Source: Elsinoe ampelina (lineage: Eukaryota). From it: a stretch of DNA of 64,000 nucleotides. Both the position numbers and the translations under genes were made by a program. The DNA lies in NCBI GenBank assembly GCA_010093995.1, contig ML992505.1, positions 1,817,533 to 1,881,532 of the forward strand, in the 5' to 3' direction. The notes beneath the pieces were generated by a model. That model was given only the letters and a program-made list of their open reading frames with translations, did no database searches and was not told the origin of the DNA. Position 1 is the stretch's first letter, and every line of letters begins with the position of its first letter. Shown here one piece after another: positions 11,801-24,037 of the stretch.

Positions 11801-13461
11801 TACCTGACGACTGAAACTGGCAATTCGTGGTTGTTCTGCCACCCAGCCGGGCGGGTCGAGACTCGCAAGGATAGCATTTGATCGTAGTCGAGCATTGCGA
11901 TACGAACGATCCATGCTCTGATAGTTTTGGAGATATTGCCATCAGGCTGGGAATTGATCTTGTCGCTGACGCCATGTTTGCTGCGGGCCTGCAGCTGTCA
12001 GGGGAGGGAAATCCAAAAGAGGAAACGCGATTGCTCGTTTGCCTGGCTTCCACGTGGATGTGCAGGACGGCACGGGCTGTGGAGGAACCTGTCGAGTCAA
12101 GAAATTGATCAGGAGGGCAAAGGCCTTGCCGCCAACCGAGCGATACAGTATGACAGTGACTAGTAGACTGAAGCTGTTGTGCTTCAAGCGGTCAGGAACA
12201 ATAGAGTCCTAGTTGTGCGTCAAGTAGTCGTCAATGGCAGAGATCCATCCCTGGTTACGAATCAACACGCGTCCATGGAAACCGGACGGGACAACGATGG
12301 TCGAAGCGGACAGGGCAGACAAAGGAGGTGCCACAATCCATTTTTGGGGCCACACGGATTTCATGGCGTAGGATATCGGCGGTGCCGTGTCAATTGTGGC
12401 AGCTTTGGCAGCTGAAAGGATACGAATTTAGGGCCTGTACGAGCCTGCAAGGACAGTGACAGCAGGATCCTGTACGGACAACGGACATGCATGGAAGGGA
12501 AAAAAACCACATGCAGACCGACGAACCGATAGACCAATGACAAGATTGAAACAAGAAATTTCCTGATCTCGTCTCCCCTGTCAAAAGACGAGGCCGCAGG
12601 TGTACCAAACAGGAATGACTCTTATTGGCGAGATTAGGCCATCAGGAGGAGCGCATGATCTGTGTTCCTGAATCGCGCGTGTGGCAGCCATGAAATCCGC
12701 CATGCCGGGAACAAGGTGAACAAGGGGGATTCGTCAGGAGATGACCAATTGAAGGATCGTCGTCGAGTCCGTGGGGCGGAAACGTTAGGGTAAGAAGAGA
12801 ATGCCGAGTCCTCCGGCGGTGAAGCAATTCGTCGACGTGGCATATGCCAGCATATTCTCGGAAGAATAGACTGTGAGAGAAATTATGAAACGTGAGCAGA
12901 TGACCTTGTATGATGACGGGAGTATGCAAGGTCGGGTGGAGGAAATGAGTCTCTCTTGTCGCACATTCTTGCCATACATAGATGACAGACTCTTGCCTAC
13001 TGCATGACCGTTTTGATAGATTCTTTTCAAAGGTCGTCATCTTTTTCTTTTCTTCCTTGATCTGGGATGGTGACGGGGAAAGGAGGAGAGGCGCGTTTAA
13101 AATTGGGTACTGCGAGGTGTGTACCTGCTGCGAAAGGCAAACGTGAACGTACGTGTAGGAAAAGGAAAAAAACGCACGGACCATGGCCGCCACGAGGCTC
13201 TTGCACAGTGGACACTAAGTTAGTCTCGTGTTGCATCATGCGAAATTGGCATTTGCGCCTGCTGTGCTGAGATGATCGCTGCCTTGCCAGGATTTTGGGA
13301 CACGAGGAAATATAATAGAACCATGTTCCCTGCCTTGGTTTTGAGAGACTCATCTATACTAATAACGACATCTACGACTTTTACATCTTGTCAATCTTTG
13401 ACTCGATCACTATCCACACACAAGCTATACAACCACTTCGCTATCCACACACATCATAGCC

Positions 13462-13536
13462 ATGATGCCAGTCTCAAGCCTGCCACCACAACCAGGCCCA
13501 CCACCTTCAAGGCCATTGCCACCTCTTCCACGGTAG
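13462..13536 (+). CDS. Candidate 24-aa proline-rich micropeptide MMPVSSLPPQPGPPPSRPLPPLPR
   Basis: TATAATA at 13311, a CA-rich fungal-type leader, GCCATG start context and a TAG at 13534-13536. It is below the ORF-track length cutoff. Confidence 0.4.
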   Translation: MMPVSSLPPQPGPPPSRPLPPLPR

Positions 13537-15266
13537 ATGGGATATCACTCCCACAACCACTCTCCACGATGGTCCGCCCAGCCGAATGACAGTCACCCCT
13601 CCCTCTGCATTCAAGTCAGCTCGCCGCCGAATCCTACGCGGATCTGCACCATGATCCTTCGCCTTGCTTGACATGCTTGACATGTGCTGTCAAGCATGCA
13701 GGATCCATGACCCCTCAACCTTCTCACCTTTCGAGTTCCCAGTCTCACCGGTCAATCAAATCATCACACCACACCACGACAATCACCACCCGCCGCTGGC
13801 TCGGCCTGTATCCTGTACAACACTGCACAAGCACCATCACCAACACTATAAATCGCATTGGCTTTGTTCACTTCAAGCACGAGCATTGGAAATCGGGCGC
13901 ATTGTATTCTAAAAAGACCACTTTTTATTTGCAGCATATTGGGACGTTACAACACATGGAGAGCGTTTAGAAGTTTATACCCCCCAGGCAGCACAATCGA
14001 GCGCCTTGCTTTAGTTGTAATTCAGTTGCCTCTCATACTGAAGACTGTATGATCATACTACCAATTTCATCATCTTTTCCTCGAGCCACACTTCTTTGCT
14101 GCGTCTGCAAAATCGGTTGCGGGAACAAGCTGACACACGCCCATCGCACCATTGCCTCCATAAAGGCGACCGAGGCATGCATGTACCGAAGATTCCGACT
14201 TGCCGCCCGTGTCATCTGCCTTCTAGCTCCGACAACAGAATGATAGGATAATGTGCAACGAAATATGACGACAACCACCTCTACGTGGCCCGTCTTGGGA
14301 CAGAATCGTATGCTTGCCGTCTCCTGTCTCCTTCACGCGCGCGGATGCAGCGGAAACACCATCAACCCTCGCCTCAAACAACGTCGCAGATCAGCCCTCG
14401 AGCAAAACCTTTGATCTCCATCTTGGCCCGGCACACTCTCTGACCTACCGAAATTTGACAGGAGGCAAAATACCATGAATAACCCGCAGCCTTTTCACTT
14501 TTCTGCACAGTGCGTCGTGAACCATAGTTGACTACCGCAGATTGCCTGGCGAGATTGAGGTACACGGTAGCTTGCAGAAAGAGAAAGACAAGGAGGGCAT
14601 GGACCCTGGGTCTGTTCGCCGTGCCTGTCTCTGTCTATTCGGTACCGCCAATCATGTATCGTGACGAGTGCACTTTTGAGAAAATTTTGATGCAAGACGA
14701 GAGTCTGTTTTTTCCAGCCCTGTGACAAGCAAGAATGTGCTGCATCTGTGCGTGGAATTGAATCTCCGAATACGTGGAAGAGTTGATGGTACAGTAAGTT
14801 ATTATGCCTCCGGACTGCCACGGCAGCAGATGATGCGGTTGGGCAGTGCATAACCACGTAGACGTATCCTTGGGCCTGACCCTATGTGACTCTTACGGTG
14901 CCTGATACGAAGAGCAACAAGCAATGAGATCTCGTACGATCACCACGTCAAGGGCACCACGTGGACGCAACGAACGAGTCAATCCCTAGCGGTGAACATC
15001 AGCACTCCCGTCTCTCTGACATACACACCCAACACCATGACATGACCTCCATAATATCCTACCGGCCTGACCCAAACTTCCCACCCCCTCCGCCTGCATC
15101 AGCGCCTGCTCCTCCAGGCAACTCTGGCAGCAGATCTGACGTGGGATATTCAGATCAACACCGCCCCAAAATACAGATCTACCCCTGCCACGCCCCGCCC
15201 CTCCACCGCAATGACATCAACAATGCCCATCTGCACTGTACCTGACTCTCATTTACCCTGTCGGGC

Positions 15267-15764
15267 ATGTCGAAACAGCACCCGTCAGGAGGAGTATGTA
15301 TGACCTGCATCTACCGACGGGACACTCAATCGCATACACCACCTCATCTGAAGCATCTCCTGTCTCCCTACGATCCGTCAGTAGTCGCCGGAGACACAGC
15401 TCCACAACGTAAGCTTAGAAGAGGAGACCCTTCATCTCGCCGCATCGCACCAAGCATAGATTCAGGCACCGCATCACGACTCATTTAGGGCTGACAGCAT
15501 AGCCGCCTCCGTCCTCCGCCGTCCGAGTTGCCCCTGCCGGGCCTGCCCACGCAAATTAGTTTCCCCGAGCGTCGTCGCATCATCGCATGTCAGAGAGTCA
15601 GAAGAAGCGCCAGATTGAGATGGGGCGAGCGCCGATCAAACGCCATGGAAGCATTTGAAACATGGATGAATTTCTCATCTGGCGTTCGGGTTGGGCTGAA
15701 ACGAGATCTTCGGCTCCAAGGACGGCGGGGTGGGGGTTCCGGTTGGGAATGTGACATGAAGTGA
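15267..15764 (+). other. Possible small spliced orphan gene (intron 15409-15502)
   Basis: Canonical-looking intron GTAAGC...GCTGAC...CATAG. The reading frame is ambiguous and no domain is recognisable. Confidence 0.2.
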
Positions 15765-16407
15765 GATTACCGTGGAGGTACTGTAATGGCTAAAGAGGAG
15801 AGATTGGGATGAGAGGTACGTACTTGTCTGCGAACATGTTGAGGTGCTGCGCCGCGTGTATAGCGAGTCGGGTAGACAGGACCAAGACGCTATGGGGTTG
15901 ATGGGATATGCTTCATGCAGGGTGGGTAAGCGAAGTGCAGTATGTATAGGTACATGACGACTTCACAAGTCTTGTATCTCGCTTCGGATGCATCGGATAT
16001 CAATTCAAATATCGCATGCTCGTACCTGCAGGCCAAGGAAGGCTGATAGATGTCCATCTTGTCACTTTCCGTCTTCATCCACGATTGTCGTCGTGACATA
16101 CGAGTAGATTTCTGTACCCTATATGCAGGAACGGAGCATCATTGTGCTCCGAACTTCCGAAGAGGTAACCATTGGGTATCACTCGATGGAGAGCAGGAAT
16201 CATAATCACCATCATCGATGCAAGAACAGCTTGAGGAATTGGTCAAACCTGAATCACCACCGCTAATCGAATCTATCAACCACCGTGCAGGAGAATGTAC
16301 CCAACGAATCAAACTCCATCTAGGCCTGTCAGGTCCCTTCACCACCACCCACCATCCATCTCCACCGCTTTCCACCACTGCTTATCCCTCCTCAGATCAA
16401 CAACCGC

Positions 16408-17912
16408 CTAGTGTTGTGCCTGTACCTTCTCCGCCTTCTCCGCCTTCTTGTCCTTCTTCACCGCCGGCTCCTTCTTCTTCTCCGCCGCCTCCCTGACCAA
16501 TTGCTCGAACAAGAACTGATCCGTCTCTTCCTCCTCACTCCGCTTGACCATGGCAAACACCTCGGCGATGATCTGCAGTGCGTGTGCCCTCTCCACCCTC
16601 TTCGCCGTGTTGACGCTCTTGTCGTAGAGCACCTTGTCGCACACATCCCGCAACACGCTCTGAATCTCGAATTTGCTTCCCCTCCACGCCGCAGCCAGGA
16701 TTTTGCCCGTGACTCTCCGCTCCGCCTCGACCTTCTTCTCATCCGTCCAGTCCTCTCCACCCGCTTGCTCCATCTTCGCCATGTCCTCAATCTCCATCTG
16801 CGCCGAGATGGCCGTGGAAACAGTCCCCCACGTCTCCTTGACCAACGTACCCTTGTCCTTCAACCGCGAGAAGAACCCCGTCACCCCACCAATCACCGGC
16901 TTCTGACTCTTCAAGAAAGTCGTCGCCTTCTGATTATATGTCGTCCCAATAGCATGCAGAATCTCCAGCCCAAAACTCTCCATCTTGAGGTTCTCCGCCT
17001 CGAGCTCCATCTTCCCCTTGAACGCAGCCGTGACGTCCTTCCCCTTGTCCGTCTCGGTCCACAACGAGATCCGATCCACCAGCTTCTTGCTCAAACTCTC
17101 CACCCGTTCGTCCCGCACTTTACGCCTCTCCAGCTCAAACGCGTACAGCTCTTCCCGCTGCTCCTTCGTGAGCCCCTTCTTCTTCTCCTTCTGCCGCAAC
17201 GACGCCTCTTCCGCCGACACACCCGCAGCGGCATCCCTGGCCGCTTGCTCCGCCGACCCCGGGTCCAAATGCGGCTTGTCCTCTATCGCCAACCGCGTCG
17301 GCACACCCTTGGGTCGTTCCGGCAACGGCGGCGCGGGCGTCCCTTCCTTCTTCTCATCATGGATACTCAGCCCCTCCACGTTCGGCGGCGGCGGGGTGGC
17401 CTTGCCCTCCACGGGCGTCGCACCCCCACTCTTCCCTGCCTCCACGCTCGCCGCGCCCGGCGTGTCCCCGTCCACCCTCGCCTGCTCCTCCTCGTGCCGC
17501 TGCGCTATCTCCATGCTCTTCTCCAGGTCCTTGACCATGCTTATCTCCCCGATCCATTCTTTGAACGCCGCTCCGCCGAAGATTTCCGCGAACATTTCGG
17601 CAGGGTCCTCGAATCCGCTGTCCGGTTTGGCGCCTTCTTTGCCGAATTCATCGTAGCGTTTGCGCAGCGAGGGGTCCGAGAGGACTTGGTATGCTTCGCC
17701 TACCTGCGGGGGTGGTCAGTGGGAGATAGGTGACGGGGGAGGGGGGAGGGGGGAGGGTGTACGGCTTGGAATTTGGCGCCCGCTTCCGGGTCGTCCGGGT
17801 TCTTGTCCGGGTGGAGCTTGATGGCGGCTTTGCGGTAGGCTTTTTTGATGTCGATTTCTTTGGCGGTCGTGGGGACTTCGAGGAGGTCGTAGTATGTTGT
17901 GTCTTTGACCAT
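16408..17912 (-). CDS. DJP1: DnaJ co-chaperone with X-domain (Djp1/Caj1 family), ~481 aa; intron 17704-17762
   Basis: J-domain [11 protein letters not shown]...[16 protein letters not shown]...FQA|VGEAY, plus [29 protein letters not shown] and [21 protein letters not shown]. Confidence 0.92.
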
Positions 17913-18420
17913 TTTGGCGGGATGGGGATGAGGCGGTCAGGGGATGGGAGAGTTGGTGATACAAGAGTTGTGCGCGATCTAGGGCGGTAGTGATGAGGAT
18001 AGCAATGTCGAGTCTCAGGTAATTGATCAAGTATCAAAAAAAAAAGAGTGTCTGAGACACGGTTGTTGTTTTGTATGGTTATCAGTCGTGGCAGAGCAAA
18101 CTTGCACGTGTGCTGAAATTGCGGGAGCCTGACGTCGTCATCGCTTTTGAGGCGGTGCAAGGAAATAGAGTGTGGCTTTGCACCGAGTGCTAGTATCAAG
18201 TGGTGGGCTGGTGTTGAGAGAATATCTGTACATTCGATACTCTGATTGGGAATTCATCGCAGACTCCGTCTTGACCTCAGTATGGGACAATCGTCACGTA
18301 TACATATGATACCTTTGCTTTCTTTATTGGGCAATGCAGGACGACCCGTGGCCTGTGAATCTCGCACTAGCAGGACTGGCCCTGACAATGGCCATTATAT
18401 CACTCCACTCATCACTCCAC

Positions 18421-21400
18421 TCAACTCAAAGAGAAATCCTCGAGCTCGGAAAGGATAGGATCATCGTCCAACAGCCAATCTGGCGTACACTCTCGCCATG
18501 CATCTCGTCTGTTCAGTAGCATTCGTCCCAACCATTGCTCTGAATAGCCTGCAGTCCGAAAAGCTGACGAGCCAGCAACTAACAAGTCTCCTTGTGCGTC
18601 CCAAGCTGAGGATCGGAACTCGTGAGGTACCCAAAGTATGTCCTCGCCATAGTACTGTATCCACTCCCCAGCAAGAGCCAAGGCGGGTAGATGGGAGGTA
18701 TCAGTGAACGGGTCAACATCTGCCGAGCTGAAGTGGATTAATCCGTGCGAGATCTCCAGTCTATACCCTTCAATGTCAAAGCTGGAACCCTGCAGATACG
18801 ACCCATCCATCTTCGTGAAATACGATCCTGTGTCTCTGTAGCAATAAGGCGACGAGACCAGGACATCACATGCTGAGAACTCCAGCTTGTATACAGCAAG
18901 TCTGAATTCATGTGAGGTGGAGTCCTGTTGATCTCGCGCCGAGCTGGGGATTGTGGTCCTATGATACACAGTTATCGACGCTAGAAGCTTTCCATCAGGC
19001 GAGAAAGACATCGCATCGCATCTGTAAGTCTCATTGTCGAATTTCAGCATTGCATGTTCTTCGCCAGCTGACGTACTCCATATGCGAATGATTTTATCGA
19101 GGAATGCGGCCGCTAAGAGAGTACCAGCATGAGAGAAAGTCATGCGTGTGACGCGACCTTGTCCGTGAACGACTCTGATATAGCGCGTCATTGTGGATAA
19201 ATCCAATACCCAGATCTTGCTTCCGGATTCGCATGCCCAAAATCGACCGTTCGGAGAGAAAGTCGACGCTCTGAGCTGCTCATTCTCATTCCCTTGTAAA
19301 GTGTGCACATCCCGAGCCTGCTGTGGGTCCCACAGACGGAGTGTATTGCCCTCGGATGACACTTCTGCAGCAAGGGATGCATCCGGGGAAACCACGACAG
19401 ACGAGATAAAACGATCAAGCTCACGATATCGCTGCCCGCTGTCTTTGAATCGCGCGTCCCAAACCCGCACCGTCTGGTCATCTGAAGCTGTTGCCATCAA
19501 AGCCCCATCGCCAGAGAATGCGATGTTGTGGATGCGAGATGAGTGGGCGTACAAGACATTCGTAATTCTGCCAGTCGCTACATCCATTGACAGGAATGTT
19601 CCCTCAGTAGACGACGCCCAAAACGACTTTCCGTCTGGAGAAAACGACCCGAACGTATAACTCTCGAATTTCCAATGTTCCAACCGTTTACATGTCTTGG
19701 AAATGCCTGTTGTGATGTCGTAGAGTACGAAACCCTGAAGTGACAGGTATACTAGCATTTTCAGATCGTTGGAGAAGTCTACCGCATCCCGGCCTTCGGG
19801 GGCCGCAAATTCACTGAGCTTCACGCCGGATGTCACATTCCAAAGTCGAACTTTCTTGTCATCTCCGATAGACATCAATTCATGGCCGTCGAGAGAGAGC
19901 CTCAAATTGTTGACCCAACCAACATGAGCGGAGAAGCTGAGGAGTCTTTGGCCTTTCTGGGCGTTCCACAGCTGTAGGGTGCCATCAGTGTGCCCAGTCG
20001 CCAGCAATTCTGACCGAGCTGCAGAGAAGACCATGATTGAAACGTTTGGGCTGCTTCGTGTATAGATACCATCGTGGCAAGCAAGCTGCCTCATCTCCAA
20101 TCCAGTCCTTGCATTCCAAATCCGCACTCTCGCCCTGTCGTCACCGGGATGAGAAGCCAAAAGCCTGCTGTCAGAAGAGAAAATTACGATATCGGTTTCC
20201 GGCTGATTTTCCAGCCTTTGGAGATCCATCCCAGTCACAAGATCCCAGAAGCGTAACGTTATCCCGCTCGCGTTACGCATTGATGTAGATGCCAGTACTT
20301 TCCCATCTGGAGATATCGCCGCTCCCAGCGCTGGGGCGCCGTGCTCCAGTGTCAGTATCTCAGAACTCCATGTTAATGGCATCGCAGGCACTTGAATAAA
20401 TTTGTGACAGGCCTCATGCCCGTACGCTCGTCGGATAACACTGTCCTGTGGTGCGAACAACAAGGCAGAATGATACAGCTGTAGCGGAGCAAGGTCGACA
20501 AGCGATTTATAAATCAAGATGAATCGCAATGCATCGTCGAGGAGCGCGGTCAAATCATGACCTGTGTCAGTCTATCGCGAATCTCAGTGATATTGCATTG
20601 TCTGAAACACGGCATCGGCAACTGACCTGGACACATGATTTGAGTTGCCCTATCAAAAGAGCGACACCATCAATTCGATTGAGCCAAGCAAGAGCCTCCA
20701 GCCAGTGCAGGAAATGTCGCCGTAGGAAAAGATGCACGGTACCGCCATCGTATAGCTTTATGCCGCTTTTGGTAGCATGAAAGCCCCAAAAGCTGCACGA
20801 GTAGGCAATGTCATTCGGAAAGCGAGCCGCGATGCGTGCCGGATCGAGAGCGATCCGGCGGAAACCTGGCGACTCCAGATCGAAAATGTCCCGCTTAAGA
20901 GCTTTCGAGCACTCCAGACTGTGTAAACATCTCTCGAGAAGTGCCGCATGTGTTGCAGTCTCGTCGATCCATAGCTCAGCAAGTATGCCCGGTTGGCAGG
21001 TTACAAGAAAATCGACGAAAGATAAATGCAGCGTCCGAATAAGACCGTGACGAGACTCTGGAATGTCAAGAACGGAATGCAAGCGGCTCAAGGTCTCCGC
21101 AATGTCTTCGAGTGGTATGTCCAGTAGTGCACTCAAAGAAGCGGCTGAAAGAGGATCAGCCAAGAGAACGATAGGCCCGACAACCTGCTTGAATCGAGTG
21201 ACAGTCTGATCGTGTGCTTCAGGACCTTGTTCTGCGATAATGTGTTGCAAAATTGGACCATACGTCTTGCCTAGCTCCGACAGTGGGACTCTGTTCAACT
21301 GTTCTAATATGGTCTCTAGGCGGCTTCGAGGGCTGTTCTCTGCGATGTAACGACAGACAGTGAAGGCGAAAATGAAAAGTGGGAGCTTCACCAATGCCTC

Positions 21401-23267
21401 AACATGTCCAGTTCCAGGCCAGTTGAGGGGAAGAGGACTGTAAGTTCGAAGCGATGTCCTCCTCCGGATATCCTTGAATTGTTCGTTGATGTAGATGCGG
21501 ATATCCCCTTCAATGGTACCGACCTGGACTTCTTCCAATTTGATGTCTTCATGCAAGCTTCCGTCTATTTTTTGGAAACCCAATTGAACAGGCAGTTCTG
21601 GCCTGCTGGTGACAAAGATACGTACTTTGATCCCTTCTAGCTGATTGAGGCTAGAGAGTAGCACCACAAGTAAGCGAATATCTTGCTCAGCTTCACATTC
21701 ATCCAGAGCATCGATGACGATGCTGAGTACCCGTTGTAAGCTCTGATAGCTCAGAGCTTCTTGCAGTGGCTTGTAGAGAAGACATTCGAACTGGTCTCTA
21801 AGGGCTTTGTTGCAGAGTGACGGATCCTCCTTGAGAGCTCGGGCGACAGTAGTCTGGAACCCTGGCAAGATCTTGATTATGTCCATGACAATGGTCGAAA
21901 AAAACTTGGCGGCGGTGTTGCGGCCTGCTTCGCCTCGCTTGAAGAAGAAGCTCGCGCCGAGAGATTCGGCTTCGTCGAGGGACTGGGCTATGGTTCTCGC
22001 GATGGTAGTCTTGCCCATGCCGGCTTTTCCACAAAGCCAGAAGATACATTTAGCATGCCGATCTGTCGTCCAATCCAATATTTGTCGGAGTAAAGCAGTA
22101 CGTGTGCCAGCCAGGCAAAATGCTGCATGCTCACTAATGTAAGAATTGTAAGCAGCAGCATGTGCTATAGCTAGCCTTGTCTGCAGGAGGTGACGTTCTC
22201 GGTCGGTCCCAAAGTCTGTCATGACTTTTGCGAAGCCGTCCTCGACAGACGCTTGCAAATTGCTGACTTATACGGGTAAGCAGGCAATATTGCCAGATGC
22301 GGGATCACTGACTGTCTTTCGTGATATTGCCAATGCCCGCTGCTTCCTTCACCTCGCCGGTATCGAGATATTGCAGAACCTCGTTAGCGAAAGCGGCGGC
22401 CGTCGCCGCAGCGTACTTTTGCCACAGATCGTTCTTGTGCTCATCGGCATAGTCACAGATACCTCGAATGACAAGACAAGGGAAAGTATTCATCAAGCCT
22501 GCGGCTTCCATCTCGAAGCACAGAGGGTTAATATTGTCCTGTCGCATCCACGCAAGGATCCCATCTCGCTCGAGAGAATTTTTGATGACGACGTTGCCAG
22601 AGGCGATAGTACCATAGTGTATAGCAGGAGAATCTCGGGCGTCATGCGTCATCCGTAATGGATCCTTCTCACAGCCAGGAAAGCCGTACGGTACCTTCAT
22701 CATATCATTGTTCGTGACAGCTTCTAGAAAGCTCGGTATCTCTGACCTGGAGATCTCATGCTCGGCTTGCAAAGCTGCAAGGGCTCCACGTAAAACACGG
22801 GGAGGACTATTCAAGAAGCCTTTCCGCTCATAAATGGCTCGTCCACTTTCTCCTCTGGCTTTGTACAGGTCGTACTGAATTACACCACCATTTGTGCCAT
22901 TTGGGTCGCTCACAACGACATCCCCGAGAAGGATCGTGTCTCCAGCGGGCACACCAGCGCCTATCCCGACGAACAGCCCAATGCGTAGGTGCGGAAGAGA
23001 GGCAAGAAGCCCGTTCGCGGTCCCCGCTGCCGACACAGTGCCATACTCTCCAGATGGTAGGGATGCGATGACTGTATTGTGCTCTGCAATTCGTCCCCAT
23101 GTGTAGCTGTTTGAATCACTCTGGTTCTGAACAAAATCCTTCGGCTTACCATGGCGCTCATCAAGCATTACTAGAGCAGCTGCTCTTTCGTGCTTGAGAG
23201 CTGCAATCCAGCCGATGGTATACAGTGTGGAGCTCTCGAGGCTCCTTTCCGCTTTCTTCGGCGCCAT
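18421..23267 (-). CDS. Fungal NLR: PNP_UDP nucleoside-phosphorylase effector + NACHT + WD40 repeats (HET-E-like), ~1581 aa; introns 22267-22312 and 20572-20626
   Basis: PNP motifs YTIGWIAAL, LFVGIGAGVP, FEMEAAGL and LVIRGICDYADEHKN. NACHT motifs CLAGTR, P-loop GKAGMGKT, IVIDALDEC, IFVTSRPE and LHLSFVDFL. WD40 repeats such as IAFSGDGALMATASDDQTVRVWD. Exon lengths sum to 4746 nt, in frame. Confidence 0.92.
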
Positions 23268-24037
23268 CTCTTGCTGATACACGGCATCAATCGTCCAGGG
23301 GAAGCTTCATCCTGCGAGTGAAGTTGTTGATCAAGCTCGAATTTGGTGTCCGTCGTCCGACTTCGATGGTGAGATTGTCCAAAGGGTCGGCAGCTATCGT
23401 CGAATGGCCCACTATGCCAGGCCACCGAGCGATGCGGCGAAGGCTAGGCGGTATGAGCCGCCGACTGCGCAAAGAGCAATAGAGTGCACAAAGTACGAGG
23501 AAAATTGTGCAGGTCGAAGAGAGAACATGAACGACACCTACGCTTCCTCAGTAGAACGTCCGACTCCATGCCATGAAACCACATCGCCTATCTCATCAAT
23601 CAAGTCCAAGAATCTGATTGGCGGTTGAAGGTCACACTGTCAACAAGGCAAAGAACAAGCTGCAGGGAAAGAGAATCACCATTTCTCAAGTCTGCTTTGC
23701 CAAGGATGCCGGACAACGCCACGGCGCTTAATATCCCGCAGGCATGCTCTCATAACTCACCATTCATTGAGGCCTTAGGAGATGCTCAGATCTTTGCTGC
23801 GACATCTTGATTAAAGAGTCAATGCTCCGATGCGGGACAAGATTGCTGTTGGTTGATGCATAATCGCTATACCCATATTCAACCAGCTATTCATTCCAGG
23901 TATCCTGGCAATTTCGTACAAGGACTGAACACTCCACAGACATGGTATCGCGGCTCGAAAATGCTTCTCATTTTCGATAGATAGTCTGCCTTAATTTGAT
24001 AGACTTCAGTTACACTCATCGCAGGACCTCTGCCTTC

